Below, one piece after another: positions 27,739 to 38,100 of a DNA stretch of 64,000 nucleotides. The stretch comes from a virus: positions 42,630 to 106,629 of the IMG/VR virus record IMGVR_UViG_3300010412_000002; one strand, written 5' to 3'. How positions within the stretch are numbered: position 1 is the stretch's first letter; the number at the start of each line of letters is the position of its first letter. A program made the translations under genes and the position numbers. The notes below the pieces were generated by a model that had not been told where the DNA came from, made no database searches, and saw nothing but the letters and a program-made list of their open reading frames with translations.

Positions 27739-29802
27739 ATGAAACGTATTGTAATATTTATATTAACCATACTGCCATTCTTAGGGTATTCTCAAGTAGA
27801 AGAAGACTTTGGGGGAAGATTTATCTTCTACCATGACACACTTATCCCTACTACGGAAAGCTTTTATGTGGAAGGTATTTATGCCCATCCACGTAACGCG
27901 TACACCGCAGACTCTGCATCAGTAGGAGATATCATTGTGGATTGCGATTGCAATGCTTTCGTAATTGATACTATTCACTCTGTATTGTCTAACATTCTTT
28001 CTCTTACGATTACACCCCAAGATACGTCAGTGAATGATATTCGTTCCTGCACAGGCGGTATTCTTAGAGCTAAATCTCCACCAAATGGAAATTATGCTTT
28101 TCCTGCTGGAGTTCCTGATAACATAGCAGATTGTATTCTAAACTTTAACTTATCAAATACCTACGATATCTTATTTAGTACAGATACACTTTATATTGCA
28201 GCTGATACACTCTATCTTATAGTAAAAGGAAATACTCAAAAGATACCTCTATCTAGTATTAATGATGGTAATGGTATTTACAGCGGTGATGGGGTCTTAG
28301 TGACAGAGACTGATGTTACTCAGAATGCCTTTAAGATCAACTTTAGCTCTGATGTAAATGGCAGCTACGGGGGCAGATTTAGTAACTTAGGAACTGGTGG
28401 TACTGGTGTTCAAGGTATTGGGAAAGGATATGGAGTAAGAGCTACTGGATCTAGTATAGCTGATGCTGTTGGATTATGGGCAGAGAATACCTCAGCTTCT
28501 GCTTATACCGTACTCATAGCAAATTATTCAACTGCCAATGGTATACTACCAATGATGTCTTTTCAAAGACCTTCTGCCACAACTGCTGCGATAGGAGATG
28601 GAACCGGAATTGAATTTCAGGCAAAGAATGGTTTTGGTGGGAATCCAATTTATTTAAAGATTCAAGGATACTTGTCAGATCTATCTAGTGGGGCTGAAGA
28701 CGGTGTGTTTACTGTTAAACTTATGGAAGAAGGAGCAACAGCTGCTGATAGGCTCACTCTGGCTTCTACAGGAGCATTAACACTTCAAGGATATGCTAAT
28801 GCTGCGTTAGTAAATGCTGACTCTTCTCTGTATGCTATGACTCTAGACGAAACTGGAGACGTGCATGCAGTAGCTGTAAGTGGACTTGCAGATGGGTTCA
28901 TCGGAACTACTAATGCTACTCTTACGAGTAATCGTACTATTACTAACGCAGGTTTTAGTTTCATTATGTCTAATAATACTTCTACTACTACTTTCAGAGC
29001 AAACAATACTGCAGCTAGTGGTACCGCTATTTATGGTAACTCTACTTTAAGTTATGGAGTTCGTGGTTATTCTGGATCTAATTACGGTGGATATTTTGAA
29101 AGTAATGGTGCTAGCAGTGGGGCGTTATATGTGAATAATACTTCAACTGGTACTGGGGCTGTTATTGGTGCTAATTCTGGAATCGCTCTAATTGCAGGAT
29201 CTACAGGTCAAATAGCTATACGTGCTAGTGAAGACGGATCTACTACTAATACTGTTGTAGATGTGTTTGAAATGGCTACAACCACTAGTGGTACAGCTGC
29301 TGATGGCTATGGTATAGGAATGAGATTTACTGCTGAACAAGCTTCTGGATCTAGTACTACGATGGGATCAGTAGATATGTATTGGGAAGATGCTACTAAC
29401 GTAAACCCGGAACTTAGAATACAAATGCGTGAAGAAGGTTCTGCTGAAACTACTAAGTTAACTTTGGAGTCTACTGGTATTATGACTCTTCAATCTGGTG
29501 TACGTGATAATGTACTATCGGAAGTATCTTCTACTACCACTGCTACTTTATACAAAACTCTACCAGTAAACACTACTGGTGGTGGATTTGATATTGATGT
29601 TCCAACTGCACCTGTTGCAGGTGATTGGTTTGCTGTAGTTGACTCTCGTGGACAAGCTGGTAGTAATAACATTACCGTAAACTTTACTGGAGCCACCGTA
29701 AATTTCCATGGAGCTAGCAACGATTATGTCCTTGTAGCTACCAATGAGTATGCTCGTTTCACCTATGTAAATGCTACAGTAGGTTGGGTTAAATCTAACT
29801 AA
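27739..29802 (+). CDS. Fibre-like protein with N-terminal Sec signal peptide
   Basis: MKRIVIFILTILPFLGYS|Q; fibre modules DGNGIYSGDG and GVRGYSGSNYGGYF; C-terminal VNTTGG..PTAPVAGD...NNITV...YVNATVGW phage fibre domain. Confidence 0.75.
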   Translation: MKRIVIFILTILPFLGYSQVEEDFGGRFIFYHDTLIPTTESFYVEGIYAHPRNAYTADSASVGDIIVDCDCNAFVIDTIHSVLSNILSLTITPQDTSVNDIRSCTGGILRAKSPPNGNYAFPAGVPDNIADCILNFNLSNTYDILFSTDTLYIAADTLYLIVKGNTQKIPLSSINDGNGIYSGDGVLVTETDVTQNAFKINFSSDVNGSYGGRFSNLGTGGTGVQGIGKGYGVRATGSSIADAVGLWAENTSASAYTVLIANYSTANGILPMMSFQRPSATTAAIGDGTGIEFQAKNGFGGNPIYLKIQGYLSDLSSGAEDGVFTVKLMEEGATAADRLTLASTGALTLQGYANAALVNADSSLYAMTLDETGDVHAVAVSGLADGFIGTTNATLTSNRTITNAGFSFIMSNNTSTTTFRANNTAASGTAIYGNSTLSYGVRGYSGSNYGGYFESNGASSGALYVNNTSTGTGAVIGANSGIALIAGSTGQIAIRASEDGSTTNTVVDVFEMATTTSGTAADGYGIGMRFTAEQASGSSTTMGSVDMYWEDATNVNPELRIQMREEGSAETTKLTLESTGIMTLQSGVRDNVLSEVSSTTTATLYKTLPVNTTGGGFDIDVPTAPVAGDWFAVVDSRGQAGSNNITVNFTGATVNFHGASNDYVLVATNEYARFTYVNATVGWVKSN

Positions 29803-29804
29803 TT

Positions 29805-29954
29805 ATGGCTTTTTTTCAAATCGTCATTGAGGACGAAATTATGGGGATGATCACTCCCCCAAATAAATTCCGTAAACTGATCAACCGTTTTAAGAAATGG
29901 CTTTGCTGTAAAGTATGCGGATGTAATAAAGAAAATCAAGAAAACAATGGCTAA
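29805..29954 (+). CDS. Small 49-aa Cys-cluster protein (not in the ORF track)
   Basis: MAFFQIVIEDEIMGMITPPNKFRKLINRFKKWLCCKVCGCNKENQENNG; exactly fills the gap, 2 nt after the upstream stop and 8-nt overlap with the next gene. Confidence 0.65.
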   Translation: MAFFQIVIEDEIMGMITPPNKFRKLINRFKKWLCCKVCGCNKENQENNG

Positions 29955-30309
29955 TCAAGAATCTATCGAACTCGCAGTATTCCTTGCGCACTTTGCAAAT
30001 GGAATCTATTTTTCTGCACAAGATGGGAAAGTAAATTGGACTGACGCATTTCATTTTGTAAATGCTGTTACTAAAGCTCCAGCAGCCTTCTCCAATATTA
30101 AGTTGGTACCCAGTGAAATCGAGTCCTGGGATGCAGTAGAAAAATCTCAGGTAATTTCATATTTTAAATCTAACTTGAAATTTGATAAACCTGACCTCGA
30201 GAATAATATTGAAGACATCTTTATGGCAGGTGTAACACTTGCTAAAGCAATCGTAGAACTAATCGAAAAAGAAGAAGATGGCGTGCCCAGTAATCAACCT
30301 GAGGTCTGA
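29947..30309 (+). CDS. Helical hypothetical phage protein
   Basis: DGKVNWTD...APAAFSNIKLVPSEI..WD..EK pattern; function unknown. Confidence 0.7.
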   Translation: MANQESIELAVFLAHFANGIYFSAQDGKVNWTDAFHFVNAVTKAPAAFSNIKLVPSEIESWDAVEKSQVISYFKSNLKFDKPDLENNIEDIFMAGVTLAKAIVELIEKEEDGVPSNQPEV

Positions 30310-31240
30310 TCTTCTTCTAAATGCCGATGCGGGTGGAACGTGGACGTATAACGGATACTCTGCAACATTTGACGGGGACGATGACAATCTAGCTCAGTTT
30401 GTCGGAAGCCCCGCTTCACCTCCCGAGGAAACTGCTTCCTTAATTGGTGATGACCCCACCCTTGATCCAACTGGTCATACGGTGGGGTTTTATTCTTTTA
30501 CCTACTCGCTCGTCTCTGGAGGTTGTTCAGCCGATAATAATATAGTGTTGCCTATCATGGCAACGTATACAGCAGGAGATGATGTCTCCAAAACTATTTG
30601 TCAAGATGATAGATCAATATTTAATCTATTTGATCTCATTGATGACTTTGGAGCAAATGGAGTTGATACAGGAGGAAGTTGGGAACAACTAAATGGGACT
30701 CCTAATCCACATCCTGGTTTCTCTAATAATGTAGATCCTACATTAGCAACATTTGACGTATCTGAAATTGATTGGCCTAATGATACGTTTCCCATTCATT
30801 TTTATTATACTACTCAAGAGCCAGGAGTAGCAGGATTTACGCGAACAAGATGTCCGCAATGCAGTTCTGATCATTCGTCGGTCTACATAACAATGACTGG
30901 TACATCATGTTGCACAGCATCAACCTATTGCTATCAAGGAACAGTTCTAGATGGGACTACTATATATAAAATTACGTACCTAGACGGATCTTTTATAGAT
31001 AATACTAGTGATGCAATGAATTTCCCGTATACCTTACCTGGGGACAATGCAACATTTGAAGCCGATTTAAATAGTTATTTAACAAATAATGGAGGTGGTA
31101 CTTGTACTATTATTGCGAGTGATCCAGCCCCAACCTATAACACTGTTTATGTAGATATTCCATGTAAGAGATTAGATGCTCTGTGTACAACGTCTGACTG
31201 TTCGTTATACACTCGATTTACAGGAGGAATATGTATTTAA
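30278..31240 (+). CDS. Cys-rich Ig-like protein with two GG(T/S)W repeats, related to 19280..20014
   Basis: DAGGTW...GFYSFTYSLVSGGCSA; TAGDDVSKTIC...NLFDLI...DTGGSW; 13 Cys. Confidence 0.65.
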   Translation: MACPVINLRSDLLLNADAGGTWTYNGYSATFDGDDDNLAQFVGSPASPPEETASLIGDDPTLDPTGHTVGFYSFTYSLVSGGCSADNNIVLPIMATYTAGDDVSKTICQDDRSIFNLFDLIDDFGANGVDTGGSWEQLNGTPNPHPGFSNNVDPTLATFDVSEIDWPNDTFPIHFYYTTQEPGVAGFTRTRCPQCSSDHSSVYITMTGTSCCTASTYCYQGTVLDGTTIYKITYLDGSFIDNTSDAMNFPYTLPGDNATFEADLNSYLTNNGGGTCTIIASDPAPTYNTVYVDIPCKRLDALCTTSDCSLYTRFTGGICI

Positions 31241-31662
31241 CTTTTCTTAATATTACAATGACTGATATTGGAGTCTGGGCGTCGCTATTACCGATCGTAG
31301 GATCTGTCATCTTTACCTATGTTCGGTTATCCAGTAGAATGGCACGTATGGAAACTATTCAAGAAGAACAAGCAAAAGTAATTTCCAGAATAGAATTAGA
31401 TTCAGATGCTCACTACGATAAGGTATCAAAACAAATTGATGATCTAAAGACTAGTGTTGTTTCTGTAGAAAAAGCTATCTTAGAAACATCACTAAGACGT
31501 AGTGTAGAATATGATAATCTAACTAAACAATTGGATAATATCGCTTCTAGTGTGCACGCACAGGAAGCACGTATTACTAACCTGGAACTCTTTAATCAAC
31601 GCATGTATGAGATCCCTATGGAGAATCCTAGACGCCCTAGGAGAAAAGGCAACACGAACTGA
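31231..31662 (+). CDS. Single-TM coiled-coil protein of the lysis cassette (holin/antiholin-like)
   Basis: TM IGVWASLLPIVGSVIFTYV followed by a long coiled coil; basic tail. Confidence 0.55.
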   Translation: MYLTFLNITMTDIGVWASLLPIVGSVIFTYVRLSSRMARMETIQEEQAKVISRIELDSDAHYDKVSKQIDDLKTSVVSVEKAILETSLRRSVEYDNLTKQLDNIASSVHAQEARITNLELFNQRMYEIPMENPRRPRRKGNTN

Positions 31663-31930
31663 TATATGGACCCTCTGTGCTATAACGGCGTTTATATGGG
31701 CGCTTATTAAATCAGACACAGATATGGTTATATGGTTATTAGGATTTATGTTTGCCGACCTAGGAATTGAAAAATATACAGATGTACAGAAAGTAAAACA
31801 CTATGCTGAAACTATTAGAGAAGATCAAAGCGACTCACATCATTATCCTAATACTCGTGGGAGTAATAGCAATGTTGTGGATTCGAACCGACTCCTTGAA
31901 AAAGGACATGACGGATCTTCTGATGACTAA
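31607..31930 (+). CDS. Putative 2-TM holin
   Basis: From ATG 31607: IWTLCAITAFIWALI and MVIWLLGFMFADLGI, hydrophilic tail; overlaps both neighbours. Confidence 0.55.
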   Translation: MRSLWRILDALGEKATRTDIWTLCAITAFIWALIKSDTDMVIWLLGFMFADLGIEKYTDVQKVKHYAETIREDQSDSHHYPNTRGSNSNVVDSNRLLEKGHDGSSDD

Positions 31931-32552
31931 TGACACTCTCGTAACTTATATAAACGAGTTAGGGCAAAGAGTATATGATATACCCGTGCAAGTAATTGAT
32001 CCCACAGTAATAGGAAAGTTACGCGCTGTTGACTCAACTTATAAGGAACTCGATAGGAGAATACGAGCTTTTGATAAAAAACATAAAGATCTTATGGCTT
32101 CAATGGCTCTTGTATTAGAATCAGAAGGAACAGTAAGCTCCACTTACGTTACTAACAACTACTATAGTGAGGACTCCACAGTATATTCTAAAACATTCCA
32201 TTATGATGATGGGCTGCTGGATGCGTATACTACGATTCCAAACACTTTAGATAGTATAGAAACTTCTTATAAAATTAACTTAGGGAAAATGTATATAGAT
32301 ATCTTTAATAAGCGACGAGGCATTTTAAGCCGTTCTGAGCCGCTTTATGATGTCTATGCTACATTCGATAACCCCAAAGTTAATCTTTTGTCACAGCGCG
32401 TCTCTGTGGGTCTTAGACCCGTTCCTGTGGTCAGTATTACTGCTGGAGGAGGATTTGCAATAGTACAACACAACAAACAATTACATTGGGGGCCAAGCCT
32501 ATACTTAGGAGCAGGAATTCCATTATACACTTTTTATAAACATAAAAGATGA
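31803..32552 (+). CDS. Spanin-like protein: N-terminal TM, coiled coil, C-terminal amphipathic beta-hairpin
   Basis: HIIILILVGVIAMLWI; VVSITAGGGFAIV...WGPSLYLGAGIPLYTF; directly upstream of the endolysin. Confidence 0.5.
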   Translation: MLKLLEKIKATHIIILILVGVIAMLWIRTDSLKKDMTDLLMTNDTLVTYINELGQRVYDIPVQVIDPTVIGKLRAVDSTYKELDRRIRAFDKKHKDLMASMALVLESEGTVSSTYVTNNYYSEDSTVYSKTFHYDDGLLDAYTTIPNTLDSIETSYKINLGKMYIDIFNKRRGILSRSEPLYDVYATFDNPKVNLLSQRVSVGLRPVPVVSITAGGGFAIVQHNKQLHWGPSLYLGAGIPLYTFYKHKR

Positions 32553-33130
32553 TTATTAAAAACTATACCGAGCTAAGGGATGTCTTACATGGATTAAACT
32601 ACGTTTTCTATGAGGAACCCTTCAAAATGAATATAGTAGGATTACGAAGAATCATTAATACTAACAACTTTGATGATGTCTTATACGTAGCTTTTAAAGA
32701 TGATTATCAAAATGTCTATTTAGAAGATTACTACATTACTACAGATCCCGGAAGGAGTTCTCTTATGAATCCTAAAAATAGACATGGTACTGCAATTTTG
32801 AAAGAAGGACAATACGTAGATACATACGCAATTGATTATCATCGTGGTAACTACCTAGCGTTATGCCAACGTCTTGGACCAGTAACTGTGTATAGAGACA
32901 TAGATCGTGATGCAGAATTAGATCTAAATAACTCTACTACAGAAACTGGATTCTTTGGTATTAATATACATAAGGCTGGGGTACTTTCTAAACTAGTAGA
33001 CGGTTGGAGTGCAGGTTGCCAAGTTTTTGCAGATGAGAACGATTTTAAAGCGTTTATGAAACTATGTAAAACACATTCAAAAAGACATGGAAACAAGTTT
33101 ACATATACTCTGCTTAGCTCCGTGTTATAA
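32549..33130 (+). CDS. Endolysin, L,D-transpeptidase (YkuD)-like Cys peptidase
   Basis: NIVGLR, TTDPG, GTAILKEGQY, GINIHKAG...GWSAGCQV (His...SxGC catalytic motif). Confidence 0.75.
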   Translation: MIIKNYTELRDVLHGLNYVFYEEPFKMNIVGLRRIINTNNFDDVLYVAFKDDYQNVYLEDYYITTDPGRSSLMNPKNRHGTAILKEGQYVDTYAIDYHRGNYLALCQRLGPVTVYRDIDRDAELDLNNSTTETGFFGINIHKAGVLSKLVDGWSAGCQVFADENDFKAFMKLCKTHSKRHGNKFTYTLLSSVL

Positions 33131-33166
33131 TATTTTATATTTCACTAATAATTAATTATATTTGTC

Positions 33167-33865
33167 ATGACTCGTGATGAACATGTATATGCCATTCAGA
33201 ACCTTCTAAACGCAGGTTCCCCATCGGATGATAATAGATATCCTAATCGTCTAGTTTATCATTTCCTGAAAGTGGCTCGGGCACGCCTAGTTAAGCAAAA
33301 AGCTGACTCTCACCGATTTATTGCAGAAGATAACTATCAATCTTTATGCATGCCACTAATTAAGACTACCTTCCACGACTGTGACTGTGTTCCTAGTTCG
33401 GATTGTTTGATTTTGAGATCGAAGTACAAGATTCCAAAACAATTAATGCCTTACTTTGGTTCCGCACTACAAGTGTATTATTTCGATGGAAAATCCATCG
33501 GGCGTATTGCAACTCCTTCAGCTTCAAAGTTAGAGTACTCTCTTGTAGAAAATCCTGTGACATTCTTTTTTCACGATGGCTACATCTTTATAACTGGAAC
33601 TCTAACTTTGAAAGCTGTTCAAATATATGGAGTATTTGAAGATGTTGACAATTTGTCACAATACACAATTTGCGACGAGTCTGGTGACGATACATCAGTA
33701 ACTTGCTATAATCCTGAAGAAGACATATTTCCAATGGATGGAGATTTAGTATGGCCTGCTTACAAGATGGTACTAGAAATACTTGCACAAAGTAGAATGC
33801 AAATGCCAGAAGATAACGAAAATAATGCTAGATCTACAACAACTGTTCAAGACAAAGAAATTTAA
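33167..33865 (+). CDS. Tail ring protein
   Basis: SDD...RARLVKQ...YQSLCMPL...ILRSKYKIP...GVFED...FPMD; crAss synteny. Confidence 0.75.
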   Translation: MTRDEHVYAIQNLLNAGSPSDDNRYPNRLVYHFLKVARARLVKQKADSHRFIAEDNYQSLCMPLIKTTFHDCDCVPSSDCLILRSKYKIPKQLMPYFGSALQVYYFDGKSIGRIATPSASKLEYSLVENPVTFFFHDGYIFITGTLTLKAVQIYGVFEDVDNLSQYTICDESGDDTSVTCYNPEEDIFPMDGDLVWPAYKMVLEILAQSRMQMPEDNENNARSTTTVQDKEI

Positions 33866-34292
33866 AGACCAAGCATCAATACGTCCTAATGATATGTATG
33901 AACTCTTTGAGGACAAGACTAAAGTAACTAAAGAAGAGTACATGCTAATTTCAAAAGTATTTAACTATATCTTAATAGAATATATTATAAATACTGGGGA
34001 AGTAATAAGACTTCCAAATAAATTAGGAACTTTAAGTATTCGATCTACTACTCCTAAAAAGAATAGAGCAATTAACTTTAAGCATCTAAAAGAGACAGGA
34101 GAAAAGATATACCATAAGAACTACGCTACTGAAGGTAAAATGGTAACGTTCTACTGGGATAGATCAACTCCATATTGTATAGGAATGAATACACGATTCT
34201 TTAAATTTAAACCTACCGAAGCTTCTAAATCTAAGTTAGCAAAAGTAGTAACAGAACAATTGACTATTAATAAATATTATCCAAGACCATAA
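33825..34292 (+). CDS. IHF/HU-like protein of the crAss tail module
   Basis: GEVIRLPNKLGTLSIR...INFKHLKETGEKIYHKN...FYW...FKFKP; ATG at 33825 preferred to TTG at 33783. Confidence 0.75.
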   Translation: MLDLQQLFKTKKFKDQASIRPNDMYELFEDKTKVTKEEYMLISKVFNYILIEYIINTGEVIRLPNKLGTLSIRSTTPKKNRAINFKHLKETGEKIYHKNYATEGKMVTFYWDRSTPYCIGMNTRFFKFKPTEASKSKLAKVVTEQLTINKYYPRP

Positions 34293-34293
34293 T

Positions 34294-35118
34294 ATGAATT
34301 ACCAATATATTCCAATAGATGCTGTTCTATATGACTTGTCTTTGGATATTGACCCACCTCATTACAATGAACATAAGTTTCGTGAATGGGCTATTAAAGG
34401 TTATCGGAAGCTGCAATCAAAGGATAAGTATGCTGAGAAGGTGGCACTTATCCAGGTAGAGGACCATAAAGCCCAACTACCTACAGACGTTAAATTCATC
34501 AATCAGATTGCATATAAAGAATACTTAGCATCTGATCAAGATCAGGCGCTACTAGATTTATTGGGCATCGGAGAAACTGAAGCTCAATTTATTAATACTG
34601 AGAGTTGGTTGTCAAAACTAAGCCAATCTACTTCGTGGAAACCTATGCGAAGATCTACTAACTCCTTTATTCATACTGCTAATTTAACATATACTATATT
34701 TCCTAATTTAGATACGATTGAGGATTGTTGTCATGAATATACTGTTGACCAAGGTCTATGCATGACTACTACATTACGTAACGGATATATATGGTTATCA
34801 TATTTAGCATATGCTACTGATGACAAATGCCGCATACTTATTCCAGACGATGAAGATCTAAAGGATGCAATAGGACATTATTGTATGTACCGATTCTGGA
34901 AATCTAAAGTAATTACAGGAGATAGAATGGCAGTAACCGAAAGAGATTGGAACCTTTCCCAGTATCAAACATTACTAGCAAAAGCTGCTGGTAAATTAAA
35001 TATGCCAGATAGTGATGGATTTGAAAACATCAGAACTACCACTACTAGGCTCTTACCACGTACTGATTTTGCTAGGAGCTTCTACTCTAAACTTAACCAA
35101 CAAGAACGACTCCCATGA
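34294..35118 (+). CDS. Tail tubular/ring protein (P22 gp4-like)
   Basis: IQVEDHKAQLPTD, NGYIWLSYLAYATDD...LIPDD...AIGHY; position before the muzzle gene. Confidence 0.8.
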   Translation: MNYQYIPIDAVLYDLSLDIDPPHYNEHKFREWAIKGYRKLQSKDKYAEKVALIQVEDHKAQLPTDVKFINQIAYKEYLASDQDQALLDLLGIGETEAQFINTESWLSKLSQSTSWKPMRRSTNSFIHTANLTYTIFPNLDTIEDCCHEYTVDQGLCMTTTLRNGYIWLSYLAYATDDKCRILIPDDEDLKDAIGHYCMYRFWKSKVITGDRMAVTERDWNLSQYQTLLAKAAGKLNMPDSDGFENIRTTTTRLLPRTDFARSFYSKLNQQERLP

Positions 35119-38100
35119 AACAAGTAGCACCTAATAGATTTAATGTAGGATTAGAAACAGATTCTAATCCAAAGTTTGCCTCAGAAGGAACGTATAGATT
35201 TGCTCTAAACTCCGCACTAGAGACAACTGAAGGCGGCATCCCAACTATCACCAATGAGGTAGGGAATGCCGTTTCTGCGTTTCTAGAAGAAGGATACAAA
35301 GTAATTGGCGCATGTCTAACTAACACATCTGAGATAGTAATCTTTGCTACCAACGAAGAGATGTCTCAAATAGGTATCCTTAATCCGGAAATTAATACCT
35401 ACACTACAACAATATCCTCTAGCTGCTTAAACTTTAGTTCTAAGTATCCTATCTCATGTTTATTTAACATACGAAAGGGATGTGAAAGAATGATCTACTT
35501 TACAGATAGATATAATAAATATAGAAGTATTAATCTAGATAATCTTTTATCTTATACTTCTGCTCCAACTATTGCTCAGGCAAATAGTGAAGATAATTGG
35601 AACTGTGATGAATTTAGTCTCACACCAAATTATCAGGTACCTATTATTGATCTATTAAATGTAGAAGAAGGAGGAGGGCAACTAAAAGTTGGTACTTATC
35701 AGTTTGCTATTCAATACATAGATGAAGATGGTAATAACTCTGATTGGTTCAATGTAACTACCCCAGTTCCTGTTACGGTAGGTAATCCAAATGGAGACTG
35801 GAGATATATCCAAGGAGGTCTACCTGTTGCTAATACAGCAGAACCAGAAGAAGGTTCTGTACCAACTACTTCAAAGTCTATTCGACTTAGTATTTCTAAT
35901 CTAGATATTAATTACCCATACTACAGACTAGCGGCTTTACATAGTACTGGCGCTATTGCTAGAGTTACAGAGGTATGGTACTTAGAACCTGTGGCAATTG
36001 GGTATGATACACAGGAGTATGTTTATAGAGGTCCAAATACAACAATAGATATTGTTGGGTCTCTTCCAGATATTAACATTAATAATACTCCTATTCACGT
36101 AGCTAAAGCTCACGCACAAATTGATCAATCATTGTGGTTAGCTAACTTAGAGGGTACAAAGTATAACTACGCAGACTTTCAAAGAGCTGCATCTAAGATA
36201 CTTGCTACTCCTATTACCAAGGCTGTCCAAGTGGTTAATGCCTTGAACCCTGGCGATCCTAAATGTCCAAACACTTGGTGGGACAGTCGATCGTTTATGC
36301 CAGATGAAGTATATGCATTCGGTATTCAATATCTTTATGCAGACGGATCTTGGTCACCCGTATTCCATATTCCTGGAAGACGTCCATTAAGTAGTGACCT
36401 AGGACTTGTTAACACAGTAGAAAGCCAATTCTTAGGTACAGGTGATTTTCCTAGATGGAGAGTTGAAAATACCGGAACAGAAAGCATATTTGCTTATCAT
36501 GAAACACTAAGTACTACATATCCTGATATACAAGATTGTTCTGGAGAAAGTATATGGGGAGAAGACTATGATGGATATACTCTTGCAGGAGAGAAAATTA
36601 GACACCACAGATTTCCGAGCCGCCAAACTACTCCGATATATGATGATGCTACTGACAGTATTAGCATATATGGAGTTAGATTTGATAACGTAGACTATCC
36701 TCACAATGATATAGTTGGGCATAGATTCTTAATGGCGGAACGTACTGAATCCAATAAAACAGTACTTGACAATGGATTTGTTGCAGAAATCCATTTTGAT
36801 GGGGAAGTACTTGATTACAAAGGAGTTGTTCCTCACTCTAACGATCAAACAGGGAAAGCATTTGCATTTCACTCACCTAAAACCTTATTAGAGCAAAGAT
36901 TCTTAAATGCTGATTATTACGATTTTCATACGAAAGCTGGATCAGCTGCAACACAAGATTCTGTAAATGACGATATTGATATAAAAGGTACAGCAGCTCC
37001 TGCAGCTATTTATATGTATGTATCTGCATTTGGTAGTGGTGACTATAATCCAGATGACTGTGTACCAAGACGAATGGCTACTGATAGTAGTATATTCGTT
37101 GCTCCACGTTCATCTCAGTCTCAGTTAGGTAGTTTTGAAAGTGCATTAGTAAATAGTTCACATTTTAATACAGCATACTTTGTTCACTATGAAACAGAGT
37201 TTCAATTCTTTGGATTTAACCTGCATATAGCAGCAGCAAAAAGAAATGTTGATCCGTATACTAGTTTGTCAAACATAGTATACTATGCTATTCAACCAGG
37301 CTACCAGCAAACAACAGATGCTGTAGATATCTTTGGAGGCGACAGCTTTGTTACTAATATGAACTATATAGATACCGCCTATATAAATGCGCTAGATCCA
37401 AGTGCTAAACATCTAAAGACTGTTGTAGGAGATTACTTATCTGGAGTGTGGGTAGATAGCGAATTAAACTTTGCATTACGTCACGGAGGTACCGATAGAT
37501 GTAATACAGTGTTTAACGGAGTCGGCCCCGTATGGGAACACGTAAGAGATAAACTAGTTGATCCAGATCCGGATACAGTTAACCCTATTACTGGACAACC
37601 AGCAGTAGATACTAAGTATGTTACACGAGAAGAATTTTGTACTGAGTACTATGCGTACAACAAAGACTTCTCTAAAACTGTCTTTGAGAAACCTGGTGTG
37701 TCGTTATCGTATCAATTTGACTACTGCTCTGACTGCTTAAATTCATTTCCTAATAGGATTAGAGTATCACAAAAGAATTATCAAGAAAGTTCTTTAGATA
37801 ACTACAGAATCTTTAAGGATGGAGATAGAAATGATCTCCCAGGAGTTAGCGGAAATATTAGTTCTTTACTAGTATACCAAGATAATCTCTATGCACTATG
37901 CGCTAGAGATATCTATATGATTCCTATTAATGCGCAAACAATTCAGACTTCTGAAAGTCTTGCTTACTTAGGAACTGGTGAAAGACTAGCAATTCCACCA
38001 AGAAGATTGTCTAGCACTACCTATCCGTATGGAGGCAGTCAACATCTATTCTCTAATATGGTTACTGAATTCGGTGCCATATATGTAGATGCCTTGTCCA

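Noticed and set aside
15457-29802. DGR template/variable repeats or an invertible shufflon among fibre genes
   Set aside because: Repeats differ at synonymous positions rather than specifically at adenines; no reverse transcriptase, recombinase or inverted crossover sites seen
33157-33164. TATATTTG matching TAnnTTTG before the ring gene
   Set aside because: Only 2 nt from the ATG and no -33 element; cannot be told from AT-rich chance
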